Source: Glaucostegus cemiculus (lineage: Eukaryota). From it: a stretch of 64,000 bases of DNA. The notes beneath the pieces were generated by a model. The model searched no databases, was not told the DNA's origin, and worked only from the letters and a program-made list of their open reading frames with translations. Both the position numbers and the translations under genes were made by a program. This document shows positions 25,865 to 40,214 of this stretch, piece by piece; position 1 is the stretch's first letter, and each line of letters opens with the position of its first letter. Where the stretch lies: positions 22,816,001-22,880,000 of the forward strand of contig CDPCPM010000005.1 of the NCBI GenBank assembly GCA_976551045.1. The letters are read 5' to 3'.

Positions 25865-27831
25865 CTAGAGAAAAGATTAGTATATTGGTTAAATTAATAA
25901 ATGTATATTTTAATCGATTACAGGTAACTTATAACAGTAAACAGTAGCTTAATGGATTCATTGAATATATTGCAAAAGTAAAGGTAAGAGTACTTAAGAA
26001 AAAAAACATTGGGCTGTAATTTGCTGTCAAGTTTAAAGTAATAGCATGTGCTGTTATTTATATTTATGCAAATGCTGGACAAGCTTCAGGTGAGTGACAA
26101 CTGCAGAATTGTTTCATCTCTGTTGTCTGTCTCAATATTAAAGTGTCATGATACCTAATGTGAATTTTGACTTCACTGCATTTCAATTTGCACCTCTCAG
26201 TCTATATTTAAACTGTTTTGGTTCTTTAATTGGTTTAAAGGAAAATCCCTTTTTTGGGCAGATACTGGAAATCTGAAATTAAAAACAGAAAATGATGGAA
26301 GCATCTGATAGTTCAGGCAGCATGTAGAGGTTATTGTTATAAAGGCAAAACAGTTATTGTTTTGGATTTGGGACTCTTCATCTGATGTTGGGTCCCAGAC
26401 CTGAAACATTACCTCTTTCTAATTTAATTTGATTACTTATTTGCTCTGTTTACTAAAGTCCTGGATTTCTTTTGGATTCTGTTATCAGCTTGCCTTTTCA
26501 GTAAAATGCAAAGCAAATAAAGTGATTAAACAAATATTACCCTCTTGCAGCAAATGATGTGCCTGTTGTTTTGCTGACCAAGGCAATCAACTACATTAAT
26601 GAACAGGCTGGTGAGAAAGATGTGGAGAAGTAGAGCTGGGTTTCAATAACATGTACGTTTAACTGACCCCAAGACTTTGAATGCTGGCCAGGATGTAGGT
26701 GAAAAGAAGCCTAAAATAAATTCTTCAGAAATTATGGAATGACCTAGTGGCAGCAAAAAGCCGTATCTGATGATCGCATGATGATTTGACTGATGAGACA
26801 GAAGCTAAGTTCTCACCAAGATAGAGAGTGAAAGAAAAATTACATGGTCCACAATATCAGAGGCTGCAGGGAAGGTGTGGGGATTAATTGGACATTATAA
26901 GCAGAGGATGTCATTGTGGGTTTTTTTAGGGCTATGTCAGTACTATGGTAGAGATAGAAGCCTGATTAGAGATTCAAAGTGTTATGGAAGGGATGGTACT
27001 TAAGTAACTAAGTACTGATTTTTTTAATTATATAGAATATAATTTATTAATTATATGGAATATAAACTAGTACTTAATTACAAAATCAAAATTCTGCAGA
27101 TGCTAGAAAGCTAAAATATAAACTGAAATTGCTGGAAATATCCAAGGAGACGGGTAGCTTCAGTGAATGATGAAGCAAGAGTTAACATTCCAAATTGACT
27201 TTTGAAATACTAATTCTGTTTCTCTCTGCACAGATGCTGACTTACTGAGCACTTCCCACATTTTCTGTTTTGTTTATTGTTCTGTTAGTGAATGGCTATA
27301 GAATAGGCATTTCTGAAGAAATCATTAGAGATAATCAGATAGAAGCAGAAAAATTTAATATATTAACAAAAATGAAATGCATTAAAATATACAATATCTG
27401 TAACTAAAGTCTATAGAGTATTAATGCACTCCAGTCAAACTATCTGAAGTGAACAAACTAGGCCATAATGTTCGCTTGGTGGAGGTATACATTATTTTGA
27501 ATGGAGAATAAAAGATAAAAATATCCAGCCTGGTGTATGTGTGCAGATGAGCACAGTATAATTGAGTAACAAATATTGAGCCAACAAACAGGAACATACA
27601 CAGTGATGAACGTAGATGAGAAATGGGAGAACTTTCTCAAGAAATGCATTTTTCTTGCTGTAAAATAAAGGTTAGTATGTTATGAGATATCATGAAATTC
27701 AGATTGTTAATCACACATCAACAATTTGCAATACAAAGTATTCCAGCTTGGTGCTACTCACCATTTGGTTTAAATTCAAATAGTTACTCAATTAGTAATT
27801 TTATATGGAATTTTTAATTTGAATACAGTAC

Positions 27832-28021
27832 CAGTGAATTTCTTTTCTAGGCGTAGTCTCTGCAAGATCTCATCAAACTTCTCATGCTTACTGATGTACT
27901 TCAGCCTAATGTGGACACTTGCCCGCATGCCCGTGCCAAGTTCAGAAGGGCAAGTCATCACATAACCTAGATTATCCTTCCAGATGAAAGGGTGCTTTTT
28001 CTGGTGGTATATTTCTTCAAG
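27832..28021 (-). CDS. Creatine kinase-like gene, coding exon F (190 nt)
   Basis: tatttag|CTT...ACT G|gtactg. LEEIYHQKKHPFIWKDNLGYVMTCPSELGTGMRASVHIRLKYISKHEKFDEILQRLRLEKKFT; the phosphagen kinase signature CP[ST]NLGT reads CPSELGT. Confidence 0.93.
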
Positions 28022-28769
28022 CTAAATAAACAATCATGGTTATTTCTCAATCTTCTAAAAGTATGATGCAGTGGTAATCATCAGAAAATATTCTTTCATC
28101 AAGTTTCCTCATCAAAATAATTTCAAAGTGCAATTCTATATGTTCAACTTTGTAAGCATGTTGTCTCATATGAAGACTTTGAGATGTTACTACTTTTTCT
28201 TTCTGCTATCTCTTTATGATCTGATTGGCTTCTAGGCTTCATGATTTTACCAGACACTAGAAGGAAATAAAAGCCCAATTGGGAAATGCCAGGTGTCAGC
28301 TTGTGGAATGTCATGTTAAGTTTGTGAGTAAAAGAAGTGAAGTAACTGTATTTGCATTTTACCTCCCTTTTCAACTTGTATTTTCTTTTCCTTTATTTAA
28401 GGTTATCCAGTGTTGCATATATTTCACAAGTTTAGATATAATGTGGCATTAACTAAACTAAACCTGGCTACAATCTAAGCAGAATCAGGAATTGTACAGG
28501 ACATATTGCAAACACCATCTAATCATCTTTCTCTTCCAGAGTTTAAGTTTGTGACAATCTCATGACATTTCTGCCACTAATTAGGAAAGTTCTGAGGAAG
28601 CTCACTTGTATTTTGGTTCTTGACACACACAATAAAGAAACAAAAGCACGAGCCAGCTAATCAGACCTTCGCGCCTCCTCCAATATAGCTGGTCTTTAAC
28701 CTCAGTGCTATTTTCCAGGTCTAACCCTATATTCTCCCTTCAATAGCTTTAATGTGCAAACTCCATCAG

Positions 28770-29075
28770 TCTTGAGCAACAAACTCTGGAGGAACTCAGC
28801 GGGACGAGCAGCCTCTGTGGGAGGAAAGGAATTGTCGACATTTCGGGTTGAAACCCTGCATCAGGGTGGATGCTACCTATCACCACCCTGTACCCACCCC
28901 ACCTCCCCTCTTTTGTCCACCTATCACTGCTCTGTTTTTCCCCCCAATATATTGGGCTTCCCCTTATCCTATCTTCAGTCCCGAAGAAGGGCCCTGACCT
29001 GAAACGTTGACCTGCTTTTCTCCACGGATGCTGCCTGGCCTGCTGAGTTCCTCCAGCAACATCAGGTTTTTCATT
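28770..29075. mobile_element. Short interspersed element with inverted termini (CTGGAGGAACTCAGC ... GCTGAGTTCCTCCAG)
   Basis: About 90-100 nt imperfect inverted ends. Related termini at 2550-2590/2826-2915, 26260-26410, 27090-27270, 48595-48720 and 59380-59530. Family identity uncertain, possibly Penelope-derived. Confidence 0.6.
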
Positions 29076-30469
29076 GAGACTCCATTCCCCTCTAGGGTGG
29101 AAAACTTTAACAACTCACTTCTAACTGGGTGAAGAAATGAAATTTCTTCTCATCTGTTGTATGGATGGCGCCTTACTTTGAGACTCAGTCCTGGTTCTGG
29201 ACACCCCAATCAGCAGAAACTTAAGAAGGTGGCAGATTGAGGCAACAGTTAATACTGCTGTTTCACAGCTCCTGCGACCTGGATCCAACCCTGACCGGGT
29301 GTTGTCTTTGTGGAGCTTGTGTGTTGTGCCCTGTGATTATGTGGGTTGCTGCTGGATGCTCTGGTTTCTTCTCATATTCCAAATATGTGCTCGTAAATTA
29401 GTGTACATAACTGATAAAAGAATTAAAGAGGTGCTGATGGAATATTTGAGAGACAATAAGTACCACAGTTATAGGGAAATAAAGAGGGGGAATGCGACTG
29501 ATGAAATTGCACTGCTGGGAGTTGATGTGGGCCTGATGGGTTGGCTGGTCTCCTATATCATTGCACTTAAGTAATCCCTGCATCTACCCTGCCAGTATCT
29601 TAAGAATTTTGTATCTTTTGATTTCTCTTCTAAACCTCAGTTTAATTTCTCTTCACAGGTCAAAACTGCCATTTCAGGAATCAATCTAGTGATCTTCTGT
29701 TGCATTCGCTTAATCCTAAGTATATCTTTCCTTAGGTAGGGATACCAGACCTGTACACAATATTATTGAAATCTTCATTTGCCATTTGCCTTCCTAAGGG
29801 CTTGCTGTACTTGCACATTAACCTGCAATGCTTTGCAAACAAAGACACCTGGGTCCCACTGAACAACAACGCCTATCAGTCTCTCACTATTTAAAAAAAT
29901 ACCCAACTCCTTTATTTTCTTCTAACAAAATAGATGACATCACATTTTCCACATTATATTCTATTTGTCATGTCATTGTCCATTAGGTTAGCTGATTGAT
30001 ATCTCCCTGAAGCCTCTCTGCTTCCTCCTTGCAACCCAGCTTTGCATCATCAGCAAATTTGGATACATTTCACCTGATCCCCTCATCCAAATCACTGATA
30101 TAGTTTGGGAACATATGGGACCCTGCTACTGATTCCTGCAGCATCCAACTAAGTACAGCTACTAACCAATCCTCAGTAACCATCAGAATATTACAAACAA
30201 TCCCGTGTGCTCTCATTTTGTTTAATAACCTGTGTGATAGCTCATTAAAGGCCTTCTGAAAATTTAAATATATCAAATCCACTGGTTTTATCAATGCACC
30301 ACAGAAAGCATCCTATCTAGATGTATCACAGCTTGGTACAACAACTGATTTGCCCAAGACCACAAAAAACTGCAGAGAGTTGTGGAGACAGCCCAGCACA
30401 ACAGGGAAACCAACCTCCTCTCCATGGACTCTGTCCATACCTCTCGCTGCCTTGGTGAAGCAGCCAGCA

Positions 30470-33145
30470 TAGATACATAGATGTATAGATACTTACAGCA
30501 CAATTCAGGCCCTTCGGCCCACAAAGCTGTGCCGAACATGTCCCTACTATTAGGCTTACCCATAACCTTCTATCTTTTTTACCTCCATGTACCTATCCAA
30601 CAGTCTGTTGAAAGACCCCAAAGTATCCGCCTCCACCACCATCTCTGGCAGCCCATTCCACGCACTCACCACTCTCTGAGTAAAAAACTTACCCCTAACA
30701 CCTCCCCTATATCTTCCCCCCAGCACCTTAAACCTATGTCCTCTTGTGGCCACCATTTCAGCCCTGGGGAAAAGCCTCCGACTATCTACCCTATCCATAC
30801 CTCTCATCATCCTGTACACCTCAATCAGGTCCCCCCTCATCCTCCTTCTCTCCAAGGAGAAAAGGCCGAGTTCCCACAACCTGCTCTCATAAGGCATGCT
30901 CCTCATTCTAGGCAGCATCCTCGTAAACCTCCTCTGTACCCTCTCTATGGCTTCCACATCCTTCCTGTAGTGAGGCGACCAGAACTGAACACAATACTCC
31001 AGGTGGGGTCTGACCAGGGACCTATACAGCTGAAGCATTACCTCCCTACTCCTAAATTCAATCCCTCGACCAATGAAGGACAATACACCATACGCCTTCC
31101 TAACCACAGAGTCAACCTGCGCAGCCGCCTTGAGCGTCCTATGGACTCGGACCCCAAGATCCCACTGATCCTCCACACTGCCAAGAGACTTACCATTAAT
31201 TCTATATTCCACCAACCTATTCGACCTACCAAAATGAACCACTTCACATTTATCCAGGTTGAACTGCATCTGCCATTTCTCAGCCCAACTCTGCATCCTA
31301 TCTATGTCCCTCTGCAGCATCTGACAGCCCTCCAAACTATCTACAACTCCCCCAACCTTCGTGTCGTCAGCAAACTTACCAACCCACCCCTCCACTTCCT
31401 CATCCAGATCATTTATAAAGATGACAAACAGCAAGGGTCGCAGCACAGATCCCTGAGGTACACCAGAGGTCACCGACCTCCACTCAGAATATGACCCTTC
31501 CACAACCACTCTTTGTCTTCTGTGGGCCAGCCAATTCTGAATCCACACCGCAATGTCCCCCCGGATCCCATGTCTCCTCACCTTCTCCATAAGCCTTGCA
31601 TGGGGCACCTTATCAAAAGCCTTGCTAAAATCCATATACACTACATCTACCGATCTCCCTTCATCGACATTCTTGGTCACTTCTTCAAAAAATTCTATAA
31701 GACTCGTCAGACAGGACCTGCCCTTGACAAAACCATGCTGACTATTTCTAATCATGCCATACTTCCCCAAGCGTTCATAAATCCTGCCTCTCAGGATCCT
31801 CTCCAGCAGCTTACCAACCACTGAGGTAAGACTCACCGGTCTATAATTCCCCGGGCTATCCCTATTCCCCTTCTTGAATAGCAGCACAACATCCGCAACC
31901 CTCCAATCTACCGGAACCTCTCCCGTCTCCATCGACGACGCAAAGATCATCGTCAGAGGCTCCGCAATCTCCTCCCTTGCCTCCCACACCAACCTGGGAT
32001 ATATCTCGTCTGGCCCCGGCGACTTATCTAACTTAATACTCTCCAAAAGTTTCAGCATCTCCTCCTTTCTAACATCCACCCGCTCAATCCTTTCTGGCCG
32101 CTGCAAGCCCCCACTACAATCCCCTAGCTCCTTCTCCGTAGTGAATACCGAAGTAAAGTATTCATTAAGCACCTCCGCTATTTCTTCCGAGTCCATACAC
32201 ACTTTCCCGCTTCCACTCTTGATAGGCCCTATCCTTTCACATCTCATCCACATACCTGTAGAACGCCTTGGGGTTTTCCTTAATCCTACCCGCCAAGGCC
32301 TTCTCATGTCCACTTCTGGCTCTCCTAATCTCTTTCTTAAGTTCCTTCCTATTAGCCTTGTATTCTTCCAGATCACTAACATTACCTAGCTCCCTGTACC
32401 TTTTGTGCGCTTTTCTTTTCTCCTTAACTAGCTTTAGTATAGCCTCTGTGACCACGGCTCCCGCATCCTCTCACGACTTCCCTGTCTCATCGGAACATGT
32501 CTGTGAAGAGCTCCACCCAAATACCCCCTGAATATCTGCCACATATCCTCTGTACTTTTCCCAGAGAACATCTGCTCCCAATTTAATCTTCCAATTTCTT
32601 GCCTGAGGCCCTCATAATTCCCTCTACTCCAATTATACTCTTTTCTAGTGTGTCTGTTCCTATCCCTCTCCATTGCCAACATGAAGGAGATAGAATTATG
32701 GTCACTATCACCAAAATGTTCTCCCACCGACAGATCTGACACCTGACCAGGTTCATTACCCAGTATCAAATCCAGCACAGCCTCTCCTCTCGTAGAACTA
32801 TCCACATACTGTGTCAAGAACCCTTCCTGAGCACACCTAACAAACTCCAGCCCATCTAAACCCCTCACTGTCTGGAGACGCCAGCTGACATTTGGGAAAT
32901 TAAAATCCCCCATCACCACAACTCTGTTATTCTCACATTTTTCTAGGATCTGTCTCCCTATCCGCTCCTCAATAACCCTGTCACTATCAGGTGGCCTATA
33001 AAAAACACCCAGTAACGTTACCGACCCTTTCCTATTCCTGACCTCCACCCACAGGGACTCTGTAGGCAAATCCTCCACAGCTTCCACCTTTTCTGTAGCT
33101 GTAACACTCTCTCTGATCAACAATGCCACGCCACCTCCCCTCTTG
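30470..33145 (-). mobile_element. Young 5'-truncated CR1 LINE, ORF2 with partial APE endonuclease and RT, split by frameshifts
   Basis: ORFs 32434-33129 (VVVMGDFNFP, GDSDH) and 30556-32382 (NYRPVSLTS, YMDFSKAFDKV, GVPQGSVL, FADDTK). Sits inside an older minus-strand LINE (about 29590-30290 and 33150-33840). Confidence 0.95.
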
Positions 33146-33990
33146 CTCTTATCTTACCTTATCTACTCTGCTGGATACAACCTCAAAAATCTCTAACAGA
33201 CTCGTCAAACGTGATATCCTTCTCACAGATCTATCGTAACTCTATTACTGTTTCCTAATTGTACTGTTTCCACTTCCTTAATAATGGATTTTTTATTTTT
33301 CACTACTACTGACATCAGGGTAACTTGCTGTTGTCCTCCATTTTATCTCTCCCTATTTTACATTTGCACCCTTCAATCACTGGGAACAGTTTGAGAATCA
33401 ACAGAGCATTAGAAGTTGAAAACGTGCACCCACCATCTCTGTAAGCACTTCTAAACTTTGGGGTGCAGATCATCAGGTCCTGGGGTTTTAGTGGGTTTTT
33501 AGTCCTATTAATTTACTCAATGCTTTTTTTAATTAATTGCAATTTTTTTCAGCACCTTGTTCACTCTAGACTTGTCGTTCTCCATGATTTCCCAGAGATT
33601 TACTGTGCATTCCTCCACACAGACAAATAAAATATTTTCATTTAATTCCTTTGTCATTTATCATGTCCCAGTCAATAAGAGACTCACGTTAACTTAATTC
33701 TTTTTTCTTAAATATTTCTGTAGATGCTCTTAGGGTCCTAGCTAAGTTACTTTTGTATTTTACTTCCCTTTTTCTTATCAATTTCTTGGTCTTCTGCTGA
33801 ATTCTAAAATTAATCCAATCCTCGGCTCTTTTGGCAATGTTATAAACCTTTTCATTTTGTAGCAAGTGTTCAATAACTTTTATGCCTTAAAAGGAGTATA
33901 TATTTGTTGTAAACTGTGTATTCATTCTTTAAAATTGATAAAGCAACAGCTTATACTTGGAGTAATATTTAAAAATGTAAAAGTTATTAC

Positions 33991-34114
33991 CTTTTTAAGA
34001 CCCAAACAATACTGTGTGAAAGCTTGCTTCAGGTCCCCCCCCTGTTGCATAGAAATAATTCGAAGATGGTCTTCTTTATTGACCCAGACAATAAAATTCT
34101 TCATATCATTGTGC
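33991..34114 (-). CDS. Creatine kinase-like gene, coding exon E (124 nt)
   Basis: ttacag|G...AAG|gtaat. [41 protein letters not shown]; the NEEDH motif reads NKEDH. Confidence 0.93.
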
Positions 34115-35225
34115 CTGTAATGTGTAAATTTATCATTTGTATCTTTGAACTCAAATAGGATTGTATTTCAACAATCAAAGGTAGGTTTTTTAGAATCAGC
34201 TCATCACTGCGTGTGAATATTTCAAGTAACCTTTGAAAAACCATGCCTAGCTTCCTTTGTGCAAAACATCAAGATATTGGCCCACATAGAAGGCTCAGTA
34301 TCTCCTAATTTCTACTCATACAAAACTACTGTTTCATCTAATATTTCTTACCAAAATAATTTACCTTGTCGGAATAAGTTTATTACACCAATTAAGCATC
34401 ATTTCATATAAAATTTCTCTATTTTGTTCTTAATTGGATGGATAAGAGTCTGAGAAGATTAGCTTACAGTAGAACTGCCACTCTTGAGAAGCCACAGAAA
34501 CTGTCAACGGTGGTTGTGCATTGAAACCATTGTTAATCTGTTATCTCCAGCTGCCAGTCACAATATTTATTATATCACATAGCTCTTAATTAGGATAAAA
34601 ATTGTCATCATAGTAACATTCAATTATTCTCCTCAGTTTTAAAACACTACTTTTAAATGTACCAATAAAATGAATCATTTGTTTCAAGACACTTAAGCTT
34701 TAAAAAGTAACAGAAATTCTTTGTTAACATTGCATGTTGAAAAAACAATAAGGAATCATAACAATTTAACATGCCCCACTCATACAAATTTATATTTACC
34801 CCAGAAAGAGCCACGTTGCACAAGCTATTTTTCTGCATTTTCTATTTTTCCTTGGGCTTCCAAGTGACCATGGTTAAACTGTTTGCTGGACTAACTACTT
34901 ATTGGATTACTCCAATCTATACTGATAGTTGATGAAAGTCTAAGGCCGAACTTCCCTTTCATCCTTTGGTTTCCCCCCCACCCCCCAGCCCACCATTCTT
35001 GCCCACTAGATCACACGTATAATCAATTGCGCTGCTTCCTGACCTTTGATAGGCTATTCCAAGTTGCCCACCGGATTAAAAAAGGATGCTGTAAATGTAC
35101 TTAAAATTGGTGTTTGATGCCAATGTGTCAGAGGAACTAGATAAATGACTCAACAGCATGGTGAAACCTGGCCTATGGATTGAAAGACTATTTGGCAAAC
35201 ATGCGACATTTAAAAACACACTTAC

Positions 35226-35397
35226 CAGACTCCCCGTGCATCTGGCCAATCTCTGGCCATTCCAGATGAAAGCATCCTTGGAGTAACAAGATCATCAGTA
35301 AGGATTCCAGCATTGGTCAGACCCTGACGGTCTTCCTCACTCAAGTTCCTCAATGAGTGATAAGTGCCCTTAAATTCATCATCCATTGCATGGAGGG
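35226..35397 (-). CDS. Creatine kinase-like gene, coding exon D (172 nt)
   Basis: ccatag|CC...TG|gtaag. ALHAMDDEFKGTYHSLRNLSEEDRQGLTNAGILTDDLVTPRMLSSGMARDWPDARGVW contains the SGMARDWPDARG motif. Confidence 0.93.
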
Positions 35398-35544
35398 CTA
35401 TGGATGATAATTTGATTGAAGTAGATGGAAACAGACATAGTCAGGATAGCTAAAACTGAAGAGTAGGTTTCAGGTTTTTTAATGCTGTTATATTCCATTC
35501 AGTACTTAGTTCCTTGCTTTTTGTAACATAAATTGATAAATTAT

Positions 35545-36000
35545 GCAGAGGATATTAAAAATTGACCACATGGTGGCAGTTAGAAAGAAAGCTTTAGTGT
35601 ACAGGAAGAAATACAAAGTCTGCTCAGTAGGGAAGATGAAAGGCAAATGGAATTTAATCCATAAATGTGCAAGTTAATGCATTTGGAGATATGTAGCAAG
35701 GCAAGGAAATATACAATATAAGGCACAATATTGAGTGACATGGAGAAACAAAGAGACAGCACACATCCATAGATCTTGAAAGGTAGCAGAACAGATCAAG
35801 AAGGTAGTTATAAAAGCACATGGGATGCTTTATTTTATTAACCATGGCAAAGAATTTAATAGCAGGAAGGATGTGCAAGAACTGTATGCAATGCTAGTTA
35901 AACCACAGCTTCAGCATGAATTCAGTTTTGATCACCTTGTTAAAGGAAATATGTGATTACACTAGAGAAGGCAAAGAAGAGATTTATGGGGACATTGAAT
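35545..36000 (+). mobile_element. Degraded CR1 fragment
   Basis: Remnants of the WQMEFN..KC..MH and LY..LV.PQL coding regions. Confidence 0.65.
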
Positions 36001-39000
36001 GACCTGGCAAACACCTTGAAATTCAAATGATATTATCATTTCATTTTTGAATAAAATATTTTAATTTAGAATACCTTCATGAAACAGCTAACACAAGATA
36101 CATCATTATGTATTCCACACCCCAAGTGCAACCCTACATATATCTATAGAATTAACCTTAGACAACCTTTGTAGCTGTTTTTCAGTCCTATGTTCATTGA
36201 TTGCAGCTCAAGATCAAAGGCATTGCCACTGCTGGCCCTCATCCATTTAATCCAGACTCTGCAGTAAGGCTGGTATCTACTTAGTGGCAACAGTAAATAT
36301 AAGACTGTGTTGTAGGAGGGGAATGCTTCCCACTGCTATTCAGCTGTCAGAGTATGTGTTGTACTCTGCAGGGAGCTGGCAACTTCCCAGCTTGTTGCCT
36401 TTATAATAAATGAATTTTCAGAAGTCTCCTAAAGTAACTCACAATGAAACCACAGGGACTTGGACAAAAATATCAATGCTCATATGGAAGTCAAAACCAT
36501 TCAGTTGAAACTCAAATGCTTTTAAACTCTGGCAAAAACGTAAGAATATAAAACAAAAACTGATAATTATAAATATCAAACTACAATGGACAACATTCTG
36601 GGAAAACAAATGCTGAAACAAACACAATTGTTAATTGACAGCCAAGTAGCTGCTTAGCTAGTAAGCAATTTAATAGCACCATATTGGGAATTTGTACTTA
36701 AACTAACAAATATTGGAAACAGTTACACTAAGAAAGGCTGCATGGCAGTTAGAACAACAAACAGTTTTTAAAAATTCAGAGCAACAATAGATGTAATTGG
36801 CAATAATAAGTAAATATCTATACTTTATCTCAGAACAGAAGATGGCTGTCTAATTAATAGATTGGGGTTGAGAGAGAATAATAAATCAGCCAACTCAATG
36901 GGCTGAATGGCCTGAATGGCCTGATTCTGCTCCTATGTCCTAGGGTCTGACAGTCTTATTGGTCTAATTCATCACTTGGATAGAATGATGGTCAGTTGCC
37001 AGCTATTAAGATAGACATCCTTATTCTGACTCCCATTAAAAGTCTAGTTTGCTATTCAGTCATAAAATACATTGTATAGAAAAGGAATGACTGGACAATT
37101 TGAGCAGAGAGCATATAATGAAATGAAATGGTAACAGTGCAACATAGGAACAGAATGAAAATACTACTACCAGCAATGATTTAGGCAGAAGGTAATTTGA
37201 AAACATAATGGAGAATCTGTGTTAAACTTTAGTAAGACTACAGTTAAGAGCAGAGTGAGCACTTTTGGGCTCAACTCTATTAGAAGGATGTTGACATAAT
37301 AGAGATAGAACGCCACAGGATGCTACCTGATATGAGTAAATACAAACATAAAACTTGTAACATTGGAGCAGTCATTGTTAATCAGGAGAGATTAAAATGT
37401 TTATAATTCTGAGGGTCAGAGTAGATGGAACAAGTGGCCAAGGGATTTAGAATGAGAACATAGATATAATATTACATCTATGAGATCTAGGACAGAAACA
37501 GGTGGTGTGCTTTTGCATACAGAGTTGCAAGGCCATATTGAAGCTACTGATTGAACCAGAGGCCATACGCAGTAGCAATAAATCTGATAGACTGTAATAA
37601 AGGGTGTAAGTGGATACTGGAAAAATATGAGCACTTGGGATTAGGATTACGACTTGTGAGAGAGTTGAACATCAACATGGACTGTTCAGGTAAGAGGACT
37701 GATTCCACGTTCTAATTTCAACGTACTTAATCATGTTAACGGACACCAGGTCAAAAGAGGAACGGCTGAGAGATGAAGAAAATGGAAAGAGTGAAGGAGA
37801 CAACAGATAGGGTAAGATCCTTGAATGGCTAAAATGCAAAAATTTGAATGAGGCCAATTGTCAGGGGACACTTTCCACCAGTATTCTTGTTTCATCGGAC
37901 ACTTCGTAAATCGTAGGCCAGTAAAATATTCTATCATCAGGTAAGTGTTAAAGGAAGACAGGAACTGCTAGTGGGAGACTTGTTGATCAAAAAATAAAAT
38001 TATTTTGATGTGATCTGAATTTTTGAATGGTGTCTGGCCTTAATGAAAATTAGGGAGTACAGAAAAGATCTAGTAATTGATAGGCCAGCTGTCATCATGG
38101 TTAAATGGAAAGATCTTTTGTGAGAAATATGTGGAACGATAAAAACTAAAATCCAAAATTGTCAAAGATAGTATTTTTGGGAATATGACCCACTTCAACC
38201 TCCAAGTTGAATTAGTGGAGGAAGCTTAAGATATATAAAGATAAATGTCTTCTGACACCTTGCCTTGTCCTCAGCATATCCCAAAGCACTTCACAGTTAA
38301 TGTATGAGTTTTGAAATGTAATCATTATTGTAGGTAAACACAGTAGTGTACAGCAAGATCCCACAAACATCTGGTCATGATGAAAAAATAACTCTCTGTG
38401 CCATCCAATTGGATAGAAATTTCATTTGACTATTATCTATTGGCCATACCAAAAGGTGAAAACACCAGGATTAATTGCTGTTGGCAAGATCTCCACCATA
38501 GATATAATTTCTATGGATAGAGTTTCAAATAAAACAACTAAGAAGGATAAACTTGAATAATTTTAAAATGTATGTTGAATAAATTCTGGCAATTATTTGC
38601 ATTTAAATGGATTCCATTTACTAACAAGCCATTTTGCTGCTAATATAATAAATTATTTTCATGAGGGGGAATAATTGCCAGATGAATCCAACAAATTATG
38701 GTAACACAGTTGTTTTGTTATGGTGGGATGACTTAGTAAATCATGATGAAAATTCCAGCCCAAAACACTATTATAGCTCACAGATCTAGCCAAAAGCACA
38801 GTAGCTGATGGCTTTAGAGAGTGCCATCTTCAGGCAGAACTTATTTGAAGACAGCATTGTTTAAAACCTTTGTACTCTGAGCTGTTAAGAGATTTTCTCT
38901 TCTACTGAAATTAGACTAAAATGTAGACATTCTCTTAACTTTTAAAAGGCAGTTATTCTTGCTTTTCCTGATCCACCATGATCTTAAACTGTATGGTTTC

Positions 39001-39358
39001 ATGGAAACAAGGACAGACAAATGGATGCATAAGTGACAGAGAATATTTCAGCAGCTTCCCAACTACCCTTCAGATGACAACCGATAAAAATAGCACAAAA
39101 AAAAACCCTCAAGTTATTTTAAGCCGACACATCAACAAAGAACATTTGTCCTTTCGGGAGGGTTTAACTTGTGTAACAGCTGTAATGTTTTCCCCCAATT
39201 ACCCACTAGATGGTGATAGAATTCTTTCAATAAGCACAATAGTTTAGGTTTATTAATTCCGGGAAGTATAAAAGGTGGAACAAAGGGATTGTTTTTGGCT
39301 TTTATAATTAATTCTGTGTCCAGCTATTATGGTGTTGAAGAAACAGAAATAAAATTAC

Positions 39359-39491
39359 CTGCTATTGCAAGCTTTTCCAGTGCACGTCTCTCCCCACGGC
39401 TGCAGTGTGGTGGGAAACTAAAATCATCCACATTGCGTCCTGTGCTCACTCGACATACCTGCACATATTGTCCATCTAGATCAGATCCACC
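39359..39491 (-). CDS. Creatine kinase-like gene, coding exon C (133 nt)
   Basis: ccggcag|GGT...GCA G|gtaatt. [44 protein letters not shown] contains the [12 protein letters not shown] motif. Confidence 0.93.
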
Positions 39492-40135
39492 CTGCCGGGG
39501 GAAAGAGTGAATACTGTGCAATAATCTTATTAACTGAATATTATATTGAGTTAAACTTATTAGAGACCAGGAGCACAAGATTCAGCGCATTCTAGGGTGC
39601 AGTCATTCATTTGTGCCTGAAAACGTATACAAAGTAGCGCCGCACTGGGTTGTAGGGGGGGATCTGTGCAAGTTTGTCCCGGAGCCATTAATGCAGGACG
39701 TTCATGCACGAACGTCATTGCAAGGACTTGCATGCTTCGATCACACTGTTCTCTCCATTAGAGTATGCCATGTACGAATAATTTCTGGAGTCCTGCAGAC
39801 TAACTGAAACTAGCGAACATTAATTGACATCAACCCTGCATCTCTTAAAGGGGAGGTGAGCACCAAATCCAAGCCCCGTTGTGTTATTTTATTGTTGACT
39901 GGAGAAAAGAATGGCTACACAAAACATAAACACATTCCCCTATTCATTAAGAAATCCAAAGAGAAAGCTGGTCAGAGAGATCGAAGATGTGCAGTGATAT
40001 CCCACAAAAAGTGTAAGGATTTCATCCATCTGGGTTAGGAACAAACGTCACCTGCTAAAGATTCCACTGCTATAATCTACTTAAACATAGCACATAACTC
40101 ACACACCCATCCAACTGTTCAAGCATGCAGATTTA

Positions 40136-40161
40136 ACACACACACACAGAGACACACACAC
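40136..40161. repeat. (CA)n microsatellite, interrupted
   Basis: acacacacacacagagacacacaca. Confidence 0.8.
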
Positions 40162-40214
40162 TGCAAAGCACTTGCATTCTTCACTCACAGGAAACTACAG
40201 ATTGTAACAGCTGA

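Noticed and set aside
37670-37950. Cluster of plus-strand donor-like sites suggesting a nested antisense gene
   Set aside because: No convincing acceptor or protein similarity, only a 25-codon ORF.
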